Source: Bigelowiella natans CCMP2755 (taxonomy: Eukaryota > Protista > Cercozoa). From it: 64,000 nucleotides of DNA. Where the stretch lies: the NCBI GenBank assembly GCA_000320545.1, contig ADNK01000490.1:78429-142428 (forward strand), written 5' to 3'. Made by a program: the position numbers and the translations under genes. This document shows positions 14,781-27,783 of this stretch, one piece after another. Below the pieces are notes generated by a model. It did no database searches, was not told the origin of the DNA, and saw nothing but the letters and a program-made list of their open reading frames with translations. Every line of letters begins with the position of its first letter. Within the stretch, counting starts at the first letter, position 1.

Positions 14781-16108
14781 TATCGCCTTCATTGGTATTT
14801 GCCATTGTTGGACAGGTATAAGCTTGTTGACGTCGATCTGCTCAAGACCAAGGATGAGGATCTCAGGGTGGCTAAGATCAAAGCAACCCAAAAGGTGAGT
14901 GTGGGACTATGTACATGCAGCATGAGACATGAATGTTTCTTTGGATCTCTCTCTCTCTCTCCCCCCCCCCTTTCTTTCCCTCCCTCCCCCCCCCTTTTTT
15001 CCCCCACACATACGTACGTGTACACGAATACGCACAGGATGACCAACTGGCCTCGCTTCTTGCCCAAACGCGATCTCAACAAGCCGAGCTAGAGAAGCTT
15101 CGCGAGCAGGTATGCTACGATCTTGAGGAGCATTCTGCCGTCCTTTTCCTCCTCTTCCTCCTCCTCCTCCTCCTTGCTTCTCCTAATCTTTTGGATGATA
15201 CCAGGTTAAGCAATTGTCGCAGGGCGCCGCAGAAGCAGCAAAGGTAGGAGGTGTAGTTAGAAAATAGTGGCGATCAAAGGAAACAAAATAACTACTATGT
15301 TCGTGGTAACACTGCGGCGACATGGTAGTAGTACCGTGTGCTGATGCTGATTGATTCTTTGTGACGATGATAATTTGTCAAGGTCTCCGCAGAGCAAGCT
15401 GAGCTAGAGGAATACATTCTGCCTCCACAAGCGAAGGGTGAATCATTATAAAATAGTCACACACCATCGTTCGCCATTGGCATTGCTTGCACCGCACCCC
15501 CTCCCCCACCCCTTCGGCTGGTCCTTGTTATTCGTTTCTTCTTCTTCTTCTTCTTCATCTTCTTCTTTTGCTTTTTATCCCAATGGTAATTTTCCGATGA
15601 CGACGATGAGAATGATGATGATGCCTTGACTTGCTCCAAGAATCCGTTCTTCTTGCTGCATAGCAACATTGCAGCCGTGCCCTTCTCTCACATATGAAAA
15701 GAACGGTTGTTCTTCCTTCAAGCCCGCTCTTGAATGACTCGACTGCTGCCAAATCAGGCGCTCTTTCTATCCTCCGTGACGCCGTGGAGGATCGTGATAT
15801 CGACCCCGAGGAGGTCTACACTGCCATTCGCGCACTAGAGAAGCAGAAGTTGCAGGTTCCCGCCTTGGCTGTCAAGGTAACGAGCTAGATCTCCTTCTGC
15901 GTCACAATCGATCTATCATGATGACGACGATGATAATGATGATAAAGATGATGATGATGACGATGGTGATGTTGTTTCATCAGGGCTCATGGAGACTAGT
16001 GTTTACTAGCGGAACCGCGAATACACAGCAGGCAATGGGAGGGAAAATCAACTATGTTCCGGTATTATTCGAATGGTTACTACTGTGCCCTCTTTCGCGA
16101 GACCTTCT

Positions 16109-16144
<36 letters not shown>

Positions 16145-17370
16145 ATTTCTCTTCCTCCCCCCGTTCTCTGTTTTTCTTTGGCTCCTTTGAGTGTCGCTCT
16201 GATCAAATGTAACCCGATATCATGCTGCTAACTATGCCGCTGCTGCTATCACTAACGATGGTGATAGAGAAAGAAATGCTTCGTCGTAGTAGTAGTAGTA
16301 GTAAGTAGTAGTAGTAGTAGTAGTAGTGGCAGGGATGTCAACTGTCGTTTTGGAGCAAGTTCGTTCACGAAGAGCCCTCCCCTCCATATTGTTTACTATT
16401 TTGAATCTGACACTTTCAACTCGTCATTCGTCCCCTGCTCTCGCCCCTTCCCTCATACAGGTGAAGGCGGTGCAAACGTTTGGGGAAGATGGCGAAATAA
16501 CGAACGGGGTGTATCTTGGTCCTGTGCCACTTGTCAGATTCAAGGTGCGCTTCATGATGATGATGATGATGATGATGACGACGATGATGATGCTGGGCAA
16601 ATGTAGCTAGCGGTGATCATGGTCATTACCCACTTACCTTTATCTTGCAATTGTTATTCTTCCTTTCTTGGCGAATGGATGGACGTGCGTGTAAACAATC
16701 AATAATATCAGGGTCGATACAAGTGGCTCTCATACCGTTCCCGTCTGGAATTCGATTTTCAGGTGGTTGATGATGATGATACAGAGTTTATAGCAGCACT
16801 AGCTAGCAGAAGTAGTGCGCAGTCCTAGCAGCAACGTCCTCCTCTCTATAGAAGCTGTTATGTTTTCCCTTGCAGTCGTCATTATCATCGTGTCTATTTG
16901 GGTCGACAGCAACCTACTTCCCGCCTTTCGAGTAGTGTCATTGATCTCTGTTTGCTGCTGTTGCTGCCTTTTGCGCCGTAGGATGTGGAAGCTTTTGGAG
17001 TGTACACCCCAGAGAACCTCCCAGATCCTGTACGCAATATTCTAGGACTTAAGACGGAGCAGGGCGAATACAAGAAACAACCCGCTTTTAACTTCATCGC
17101 GGTTGATGATAAGGTTGCTGCTCGAATTCGCCGCAACATGTGTTGTCGTTGAATGCTACCAACATTACCTCATTTGTTCTGTGAATGGGTGGTTGATGCA
17201 TACGTTTGCCATGAAATGAAAGGGAGATGCAGCAACGACAGTTGTGGTGCGGTTCGATCATAAGTTCTCTGACAAATACCTCGCCCCCCCCCTTTTTTTT
17301 CAAATAGGTTCTCCTTGCACGAGGAGCTGGAGGTGGTGTCGGACTTTGGGTGAGAGAACAAGACGAATAG
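9419..17370 (+). CDS. Large Pro/Ala/Lys-rich protein with coiled coil and C-terminal PAP/fibrillin-like (lipocalin-fold) domain; >25 small exons
   Basis: C-terminal exons give DPEEVYTAIRALEKQK..GSWRLVFTSGT..KINYVPVKAVQTFGEDGEITNGVYLGPVPLVRFKGRYKW..RLEFDF..PAFNFIAVDDKVLLARGAGGGVGLWVREQDE* (TAG at 17368-17370). Upstream micro-exons encode PAK-rich repeats. Start codon uncertain. Confidence 0.7.
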
Positions 17371-17649
17371 AGCAAACAATCCTATTACCATAAACAATTG
17401 CTTTTCCTCCCGGTATGATAGACCGGTGTCCGTAGCTACTGCTTTCTCTCTCAGCTACCACATTCTAGCATTGTGCACGTCGCCATGACCATATAGGCAC
17501 GCGGCATCATGTCGTTTGTAGCCATTCTTTTCTTGTGAATAACTTGCATCTAGTACGGCTCATGTATGCATGTGAAGTATTATCTACCACATGACATAGC
17601 TTGACGGTCAGATGTCATACCTACACCTCTAGAGCTATCATTTCCGCAC

Positions 17650-18590
17650 ATTCAAATGCCATTGATGTGCTGCACGTAGCACATCTACAAATGGGACATC
17701 AACCATCTGGACCATGCTAGCATGGACGCATGGACGCGCATTCACATCTCTAGATCTAGGTGTAGCTGCAGCGGCTAACAAATCTCTTTTTTGTTGCACG
17801 CGACACGTGCACCGCATGACGATCGATGCCGCGATTGTTCCATGTTGTTTGCGCGCGCAATTCCAGAATTGCTGATGTGGCAACATGTGCGTGGATGACC
17901 ATCTAGCCATGCACGAACTAGATGAAGACGCTTTGGACGAGCACATCTGCTCAGACACGCCACCAGCTAGACAGCTGTCCTCTCACGCTTGTCACGGTTG
18001 CCATGAGCCAGTCTAGCAGTGACCGGCCCTCTCTGGCCCTTGCTAGCTACGCTCACGCTGCGCACCAGCTAGCTAGCGGCTAGCCAGCTTGCAAGCTGGC
18101 TTGCTAGCTTGTTGTTAATTTCAGGCGAAGTTTTTCATTGGGTCAGCACTTGCGCAGACCATTCTGGCATTGCACAACGTGTTGATCGATGGAAGTGCAA
18201 CAACACACAAACAAGCAGATCTGCTGTCCAATCAAAGCTAGCAAAGGTGCATGCATGCACAACGTTGCTGCAGTCTGGCAATGCCCACTTGGACCAACAT
18301 TGGATCGTTCGATCCAAGTGAGATGCCACACCCAAAAATGTCTCAGAAGCGCAACTTCACATTGCAAACTTGTGAACAATGAACAATGACGAAAAACTAC
18401 ATCTCCGAAGTGTGACATGACAATTGCAGTGTGCGAAATGCAGTGCCTCGAACTGGCTTCAGTGAGGACTAAAACTGTGCCTCGAACTAACTTGTGACAA
18501 AGTGAATCACCTCACCATCTCGGCGAGTTGGATTTTGCCTGCGCACGAATGGACAACGACAAGGTCAGTTTCCAATTTCCATGGATTTCT
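17650..18590. other. TpA-depleted, CTAG-rich intergenic island
   Basis: Nearly all remaining TA lies in CTA/TAG context, with a dense GCTAGC run at 18040-18110. Confidence 0.8.
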
Positions 18591-18690
18591 GGTCAATAAT
18601 TTGAAGAGATAATATCTAAGGATGTGCTAGAAAGAAACAGAATTTGTTTTTTTGACAAAGAAACGCCCATTTTCAGTGAGTCCCCTCAGC

Positions 18691-19811
18691 ATGGGGCACG
18701 TCGACGGCGGTACCCTACTACCATGGCCAGGCGTTGTAATGGCCTTATGCCTATTTCTTCTCGTCTCACCCGTGCAAGGGGGGCCAAGATGGTACCATGA
18801 TGAAGCCAACGACTACGGGGGGCAACGTAGGAGAGGAGCAGACGGGATGCGCTCTCCTGGTTGGCAAAAAATGCTGAGGCGAGTTCGAAAGATCGCCGTA
18901 CGTGCCGCGTTCTTGTCCATCGGCCTGAGCCTGGCCCGGAAGAATCATCTCATTCAGGTTCATAGTTTTGAATGTGAATGTTGACGAAGTTGTGCAATAA
19001 CGGAGAATTTGACAATAGTCGTGTGGTTGCACACAGATTTACCTTCACAACTTTCCCTCTGCGTTACGCTCACCACTTCGAGGGTATCTTGCCTTTGGGG
19101 ACCAGGTAGATCAAACCAGTTCAAAGCACATAGTCAATATTAGATAGCTTGGTCTGTTTACTTTTATTTCAGTGATAATTTGTCTTTCTCATCACATCAC
19201 ATTTCACACCGAACACTATGAGAAAGAGAGGGTCGTTGGAGAAGAGATGATGGACTTCGTTCTCTTACTAGGTTATCGGGACAGGAGAAAGCATGATGGA
19301 TGCGTTGAAAGCTGGTACAGTTCTACTCCAGACCATGATTTTTTTCCTTAATGCTTTCGCAGAGATCTAGAGATAATATCACCCAAACTGGAAGAATGCT
19401 GCTTGTGCACACCTTACTACTAAGCACAAATGCATATATATGTACGAAAGCAAGGACAAACACTCGTATTAATTACAATCGTTATTTTTATTGTATCATT
19501 CATTGAAAAGATGGCATCATAGTCGAGCGTAGTGGCCCTCGGCTACTTCCTCCATCGCAATATATTGATGCTGAAGGCTCATCTTCGTCTTCGACATCAT
19601 CACGAGTGAAGACATTGGCAGGAAAAGCTGCAAATACTGTAGGGAACGCTGTGGATTCTCTCGACCAAGCTGCAGGTATTCATTAAGGATAATTCATTCA
19701 ATGCCATAACAATTGCTCCATTTTTAAACGTACGTCCATGCAAATGCACAGCGCGGGCAGACAATATTACATTATTATCATATATGACGTATGTGAGCAA
19801 TGAATAATATG

Positions 19812-19861
<50 letters not shown>

Positions 19862-19903
19862 CTGGGTGTAGAGAGAACCTTCCACATTATTTAAATATCA
19901 TAT

Positions 19904-19981
<78 letters not shown>

Positions 19982-20090
19982 CATATATTCATTATTTGTA
20001 ACATTTGCATTCGCAAATATCTTCGAATTAGGCGAGGTAGTGGAAGGATTATATGACGTGTATAAAGAAATGAGAGCTGAGAAACGGTGA
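18691..20090 (+). CDS. Hypothetical protein with signal peptide, multi-exon
   Basis: MGHVDGGTLLPWPGVVMALCLFLLVSPVQG leader, then exons IYLHNFPSALRSPLRGYLAFGDQ, VIGTGESMMDALKA, GIIVERSGPRLLPP..SLDQAA, EVVEGLYDVYKEMRAEKR*. Confidence 0.6.
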
Positions 20091-20849
20091 TCATCTCTAT
20101 TGGTTGGGATTCCATCTTAAAGTTGCATGCATTGTTTATCGGGAAAACAGCGATAAGTGTCGAAACATTCAAGTACGTTAACAGGCGGAAGAGTTGCAGC
20201 AGCTAGAGACATGCCCCCACTTCAACATTGTATAAATATAAATATGAATATTATGTGTATGTATGTGTGCGCTATATTAGTCTGTACTTTTTTTAATGAA
20301 TGTTGCAATGCTATGTGCTGCACGAGACGGCATGCTTGCTACTAAGCTGAAAGCATAGCATAGCTAGTCAGAGCGCGCGATGCAAATATGAGCTGCAGCA
20401 GAGGTCCATCCGTTTTATAGCAAGCATTCTTATTTTGAGCTATTTACTTTAGTATATAAATGCATATATAGCTGGAGCCGTCGCAGCTATGAGCTCGGGC
20501 GTTGACGTAAATTACTATTCTTATCGCATGCAGCATGGTACATATGCGTGAATCGCAGCTGCTGACAAGGCGTGCGTAGATTACGTTCGTTTGACAGTAT
20601 TCTACATAATAAAGACATTTGTAGATGTAAAGTTTTGTTGGCAAAGACTGTTATCTGTTATCCTTTCTACAATGACTAGTAGAATCATTTAGCCTGTGTT
20701 TAGATTCTGAACGCTGCATCGCGAATTGCGAATAAAACCATCAGCATCTACATGGCTATGCTGCACTTCGCATGGAACTTATAGTGAATGAGCTCTTACC
20801 AAAACAATGGCCCTACTGCTAGGATATTAAGTTGTAGTTAGGTTTTTGC

Positions 20850-21677
20850 TTACAGCTCGTCTCTGTATTCCACAGCCTGGTAATTCGCAAAAGCATTTAT
20901 TTAGAAAGTGCGTGTTTATTTCTTAGAAGCTATCTTACCTTATAATAATCTGAAGGTTCTCTAAATTCTGCGACTTGAATATAATAGTTATCTTCGTGGT
21001 TTTCCGCACTTTGAACGTGAGATTCTTCAGCAGTGTCTTGAAAGATATTAGGGATCAAAACAACGTTGTTTGCTCCACCAGTTGCAGCAGAGCTTGTGCC
21101 AAGCGTGATCTTATCGCTTGATTTGAGTTCTTCATGTAAAGAATCTTGTGGATCATTACTTATGAACTCACTACGGTCGTTAGAATTGTTATTTTGTGCG
21201 ATGTCAAGTCCTTCAAGTGCGCCCCTCATCCCCTTTCGTAAGGTAGAAGAGCCACTAGCTACTGGGGCTGAGCTTGAGCTAAAGGGAACGGGTAAATTTC
21301 TTGAAAAAATCTGAAATTAAATACAGTATGAGTATCGTCTTGCCATACTTATGTTGAAGATACGATGCACAAGCGTATTGAACCTGAGGGTCGATCGCCA
21401 CCGCTTCTGTCTCAATGACATGCCCGTCAAAAGTTGAGAGTTCTCCTTCTCCCTCTACGACCACTATAGTACTTTGCGTTCGCGGAGATGTTGCGGGGAT
21501 AGATGAATCCACTAATTTCGGTACTACTTTCTCGCTGAACCCTATTAGGTGGTGTTAAATTTCAAAATATTTTCAACACGCAGAAAAAATTGTGATTTAG
21601 ACTACTGCTGACAGACCCTCAATGAAGACGAAGAGCAGGAGCAGCGTACAATGTAGAGCCAAAATTTGCCCACGCAT
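20850..21677 (-). CDS. Acidic ER-luminal protein (signal peptide plus C-terminal RDEL)
   Basis: MRGQILALHCTLLLLFVFIEG leader, ORF segments 21279-21512 and 20930-21310, and a last exon AVEYRDEL* (TAA at 20850-20852). Confidence 0.6.
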
Positions 21678-22069
21678 GCCCCTACTTATCCTCTAGGTTG
21701 CACTTCCTTCGAGGTTGAATATAGGAGCTATGTCAAGGAAGGTTCCCCTATCCACGCTCGCATCCAAAGGATGCAATTCAAAATTTCAAATGGCCACAAT
21801 TTGCGTGGTTGTAGGTGCGGAGTGCAGACCATTTTACTCATGCGACAACGAATCATTTTACATATCCATTGGAATCCACGAGCGCTGACGCAAGGCTGAA
21901 AAACAGGTTATTTTTGACGTGATCCTGGGTGAGAATTATTTTGTGAAATACCGAACATTATGACTTGACGGCAAGCAGGTTTCGTTGTCGCAATTATGAT
22001 GTAAAGAAAGAATATACAGATCCTAACCGAACATTCTCTCCTGCTTCCTCACAACCCAACAGAGTAGAT

Positions 22070-23406
22070 ATGAGCGATAAGACGACGGACAGCTTAGCGC
22101 AGCAACTGGCCAACGCCCGGGTCGGCCTAAAGCCTCGTAATACTGTGTTCACAGATGAAAGAGGCAACGTCCACATGGAGAGGATTACAGGAGATCCGCT
22201 GGTTGACGAGCGCAAAACGGAAGAGAAGAAAGCGAGCCAGGAAAGGATGAAGGCTCCCTGGATTCATATGCATGGCCGCCTGGGAGCGAAAAACTGGGCT
22301 GCCCCGATTATAACTAAGGTGTGTAACGAAGATGCTCGACCAGGCTACAACACGTGTAAAGCCCATGAATATAACGAAGATCCAGAAACGTTCTCCGAAA
22401 AAATCAAGAAACTTGCAGAGATCATCCAAAAAAGCAAACGATGCATTGCTTATACGGGAGCTGGAATCTCTACCGCATCCGGCATTGCTGACTATGCGTC
22501 AAGAGACTCTGGTCGACCTAAACTTATGTCTCCATTTGACGCACAACCAACTCTAGCCCACCGTGTTTTGGCAGCTCTCCATAAGGAGGGATTTCTCAAA
22601 AATTGGATACAACAAAACCACGATGGTTTGCCTCAAAAGGCAGGCTATCCCCAAAAGGATTTGAACGAGATCCATGGTTCGTGGTATGACCCGTCGAATC
22701 CAGTTGTCATGATGAGTGGCAACCTTCGTGAAGACCTTTTCTCCTGGCTTATCGAATGGGAAAAAAAATCAGATTTATGCCTAACCCTCGGCACATCCCT
22801 CTGTGGAATGAATTCCGATCGAATGGCCTTAACTTGTTCGAAACAGAATCCTGAACTGGGAACAGTTATAATAAGTTTACAGCAGACCCAACTGGATGAA
22901 CATGCAAGCTTAAGATTTTTCAGTACCTGCGACAAGGTGATGGGCGCTCTCGCCAAAGAAATGAATCTCAAACTACCCGAAGAAAAGGTTTATATTCCCA
23001 ATATCCCAAAAGATACAATTGTAGAACAGGATGTATTTCTTGTGGGCTACGATGCAAAGACTGGCAAAAAGAATGGAGACGAAAGATTTAAGCTGGATTT
23101 GAGAGTAGACTCGAAAGTTGTGATCCCTGTTGGACAATACAAGGGAGTTCAGGGCACAGTGCAAGGAAAAAATCGGGAAGGCCATTACAAGATTTGCTTC
23201 TATCATCGATTGAAAAAGGGCTCAAAAATCAAGCGCCCACAGGTCAGGTTTCTATGCAAAATTTTTGTCGAGTAAATCAATGTGACAAAGCGTTAATTCT
23301 AGTATAAACTCAGGTTCGGGTACTCGGAAGATGGTGGATTGAGGCGGCAACGAATGGCACTATTGATCAGTTGCCATTGATTCCATTGACAATAAGCGCA
23401 GACTGA
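22070..23406 (+). CDS. Sir2/sirtuin family NAD-dependent deacylase (SIRT6/7-like), with C-terminal extension
   Basis: Motifs YTGAGISTASGIADY, PTLAH, QQNHDGL, EIHG, LGTSL. One intron at about 23243-23313, then exon VRVLGRWWIEAATNGTIDQLPLIPLTISAD*. Confidence 0.9.
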
Positions 23407-24389
23407 TTAGCGCTGCTAACATCCATCCCGGCATAAGATTTATTAATGAACGTAATCTTAGTACATATATCTGCCTTGCTCGAGGTTTGCAAACTCAGAC
23501 GTCTTATCACTTGCGGGAGCTTTCATAACATTCTGTGCAAAAACTTTGAAATCGATCCGATCGAGCAGATGCTACATCGTGTCGCCGCGAAAACTCAAAT
23601 TATGTGATAGATGTATACGATGGCTGCTTTGCAGCCATGCTAGCATGGCTCGTGCTGGTGCGTTCTTGCCTAGCTTGCACTGTTTTGACCGAATTGTCAT
23701 CCTAAGCGTTAATGAAAGCGTGTGTGTGTGCACATGCTAGCATGTGAAATGCAGATGTAACAAATGTACAAATTGCATGGAATCAACAGTCATCCCAATG
23801 TCTAGATGTAGCTGTGCAAAGCGGCGGCTGCAGAAGTCGGTGGCCATTAGTGCTCAGCTGACATGTTCCATGCTAGCATGTTTTGCCGAATGTAATGCCA
23901 TTGTTGTTGTTGTTTCGCCCGGCGCGTGACACACATACATGTATGCATGCGATGCATGCTAGCATGCTAGCATGCTATGGTCATGGCGCTTACTAGCTTA
24001 GCTAGCTAGTTACGATAAGTGGTCGAAATCTTAAACGTCGTCGCGCACATGGATGGATGCCTTTATTCTAACGGATGTTTGATGTGCATTCGATGATCCA
24101 GTATGCGTACATACAGTGAGCGAGTGACATAGCAGGTCGGAGCGTAGGGGCAATACATCTAAATGTCTGAAGCTAAGCAAGTAGCGAGCGTAACATATCT
24201 AGACATGGTGCAGTTTGGAAAATCTAGGTTTCGAGGGCGAAACAGAATGATGATATGTACGTTCTGATTGCGATACTACCGAGAAAACAGTATAAACAAT
24301 TAGGATACATCATACTATTTGATGTCTTACTGTACGCACTTCAGATTCTAAAAGCATTAAGTCCAATACCTGGCGATTCTAATAGTTTC

Positions 24390-25480
24390 ACTGTTCAAGC
24401 GTTTTAGTGGCAGCGTCTTAACTTCTCCATCCCACTAAATTAGTTAGCAATTTGTCGTTGATGATTGTTTTTTACTTCACGAATCATAAACGACGGCGTG
24501 TCGAAAATAAATTTCGAGGAGAAAATTGGGGTTAAACCTTATATTTGTGAAGGTTTTCAGTCGTCCAGTAGCCAGAAACCTTACTATTTGGAACGGAAGA
24601 ACCTTTTTAAAGTTTTAGGTTAACTAACATCGTGCTGTAACTCATCTATCCAGAACTTATCAAGTTACCCATTCCCACGGAACATGTTGGATTCTCACAT
24701 GAGCCTGGGTTGAAGCAAAATGGACACACATGTTCCTCCATGCATCCTGGTTAAGCAATAAAACCATCTTTATTTACAAAAAGTTTCGAATTGCTAATTC
24801 CCCCCTCTATGAGCAGCTGAGAGCAACAGGTCTTACTACCACATTTCATCATTCCTCCTGCACAGCCCTCGCATAAACTCCCGAGACAGTCGGGGCAGAA
24901 ATTCCATAACATGATGGAGGAATCCACGAATACTAAGACATATATCATTGAATGGGTAATCACAGGCAGATATAGAAATATTGGTGTGTGCTTCTACATC
25001 TTGTTGGGGGTATCTCGTCCTGGCCTCGCTCCTGCAATTCCTCATTTGTGCAGTCGAAGCACAAGCTACTTTCGCATCTATAGCACACAACTTTCATCAT
25101 GGAATTGTCAGTCAGGTGATGGGCTCTACATTCCATAGCCTACCGAGTATGGCATGCAATGCAGTCGACAGAGATGAACTCCTAATGCACACATAGGAAC
25201 GAATGAGTTCGGGCAGATCAGGCGACACAACTTCGAGCAAATTCACCTCATACTCATCCACACGACTGCATTTATCACAAACGCCACCGGCTACGTAATC
25301 CAAGATCAGAGTCACTAAGCCTGAACATATCGTCATCGTTGGCGAGCAGGTACGTGAAGGAACAATGTACAATGTGGAGCACCTTGATGAGCCACGTTAT
25401 GACCTAGCGCATCTTGAATCGTCAACACAAGTTTTTTATGCACTACAGGTTCGAGGCTCATGATGACGATGAGCAAGTTT
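24390..25480 (-). CDS. Cysteine-rich hypothetical protein, multi-exon
   Basis: Spliced segments GGVCDKCSRVDEYE / EFISVDCIACHTR / CESSLCFDCTNEE / FCPDCLGSLCEGCAGGMMKCG / CMEEHVCPFCFNPGSCENPTC. Boundaries uncertain. Confidence 0.4.
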
Positions 25481-25629
25481 GGACCTATTCCTTCCCCTCT
25501 TCCACTTGTCACGACTCGCACGTACGTACTTCGGTTGCTTGCAGGAGAAGAACCTGTGCTCTCTTTGGACAAAACACAGTTGAATTTTGACATGCGACAC
25601 GACCTCAGCTGCTGCAATTTTTATAGAAT

Positions 25630-26430
25630 TTTTGCCTGTGTGACGTGATGGGTGAGCACACTCATGATCCTTCAAGATCCCCTCATTGGAATCACTTCAT
25701 TCATTCATTCTTTCATTCAACCTGAATCGTTCGGCTGGCGGATGCGAAATTTGGTTGGTTGGCTTGTTCATTGCAAAGGAGGTGGAGCACGTTGAGCACC
25801 GAAAGAAAAAGAAGAAGAAAGAAAGAAAGAAACTTTGTAGTTCAACTGCGTTTCCAAAGTTTTGCATGAAAAAGAGTGAAACATTGAAACATCGAAACCT
25901 TGAAACGTTGATTGCAATGCGACACTCAACACGATGCACAGACAGCACGCTGCACTCCAGCACTCCCAGCGCGATGAAAGCACCTCGAACAATGGGTGAA
26001 CGAGTGAATTGTGAACGAACGACTTCACGCGTGTTTCCAGTGATCAATCGCACGCCACTGGCACCAACATTGATCGTCGCATCGCATCGTGCGTCACGGC
26101 TGCGCGCCGTCCACCATGCGCGTCTTGTCATTGTGCTTTGCTTGCATGGCTGGTTGGCATCGATTGCATCAATGTGGTCCTGCGCCAGCTAGATCGACTC
26201 TGTCGACTCGTGGCCACGACTGCAGACACGATGTGCACAGTGCACACATCGCATGTGATCATTGTGTACATGCAGTGTGGCACACATCTACTAGTCTAGT
26301 AGCTAGCTACGTGCAGTGCAACTGTGCAACACACATTGCTAATTGCCATATTGCGCACGTGAGATCGACCGATGTGATGTGATCAATGCAAGCTTTGCAA
26401 TTTGATCAATGGTCATAGATGGTCATGTCA
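25630..26430. other. TpA-depleted intergenic island
   Basis: Only one TA (GTAG at ~25838) between 25630 and 26188. Confidence 0.9.
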
Positions 26431-27165
26431 TCTTGATTGACTGATGACGTACAGTTGAACAGTGCACAATGTGCACCTTGTCGATCCATTGTCACGCAGC
26501 ATGCTAGCATGTATCGCATCATTGTGAGATGTGCAACCAGCTTGATAATCTTGGCTAGTGGAGCTGCAGCCACGTGCTCGCTCACGCAGGTGAACTAGCT
26601 TGCAATGTATGTGCTCCCAGCGAATTGACGTATGAACACGAAGCATGAGCGAGGTGTATAACAGTGCATGCATGATGGGTCAACACTGCGGGTCGTGGCA
26701 TAGCAGGGGACTTGCATTGTACTGCACTGGCCGTTGTACATTCACAGGTAATGTTACGTGTCGCGCGTGTGGCATGTGCAAAGTCATGGCATTCATGCAT
26801 GATCTTCGTTTGTTAAGCTAAGGATGAACTAACATAAAGAAATCATCTAGTAGCACAATAAGCATTAGGATACATTGTGTGAGATATTAATCAATTGCAA
26901 CTCGGCGTAGATCGTTGAGAGGTTTTTACTACAAAAAAACCGTCACGCCATATCTGCCGGCTATCGGTCATAAGCTAAGTGCACCAATCGACAACACTTA
27001 ATTATTGAGCGAAGGGAAGTGAAAGATTGTTTCTGCTTCTTACTGGTGATAATCTATGACGATTTTCACTTGTGGTGAAATATCGAATGTCACAAAAGAT
27101 TGAGATTTTGCAACGTAAATTAAGATTAAATAAAAAGCTGCAGCAAATAGAGCTAGCTTGGTGGA

Positions 27166-27783
27166 CTACCGTCTCTCGAAGTCGTACTCTCTTGATTTCT
27201 TATTTTGACTATAGTTATGCGGCGACGTTGATTCTAAATGACTCCACGACTCACTCTCGTTTTCTATGCTGGATCGAGACTTTCGTCGTATCAAAAACTT
27301 ATAGAATTTTGGTATTGGTAATTCAGATGACGCCCCCTCATCTTGAGGGGCTTCGTTTCTCTCACTTTCCGCTATGTTGACATTGAGAGTTTCTTCTCGT
27401 GATGGTACGGAACCCTTAGGAGATGATACTTTTCGATAGTGTTGATATTCCCTCAGTGTCTGGGACTTTTTCTGTAGTTGTCGCTGGAGCTTATGAATTT
27501 CAGTTGCGAGCTTGTTCTCCCGCAATACTTGCCGTCTAAAAAAATAGGGAAATGTGTTGTTTTAGCTAATCTGTTTTAACAGCTGTCTATACAAAAAACA
27601 TTTGTTTTCCAAGATGAACACGTTAAAATTAATGTGATACCGAACATGGGCTTCTAATTTTAGTTTTTTGTCTGAGTCTCTATCCGCCGGAAGAGTTGGC
27701 CGTTGCCATATGGTGAGGGCACAGCACGTCACGATAAGACCCACCACGAATAGAATTGCTGCGACAACACGAGAATTGAGCAT
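27166..27783 (-). CDS. Type II membrane-anchored coiled-coil hypothetical protein
   Basis: MLNSRVVAAILFVVGLIVTCCALTIWQ anchor, an intron, then LRENKLATEIHKLQRQLQKK... ORF ending at 27166. Confidence 0.5.

Noticed and set aside
25686-26192. 168-aa ORF and overlapping ORFs on both strands
   Set aside because: They lie in a TpA-depleted island where TAA/TAG stops are missing, and they show no domain or codon-like structure.
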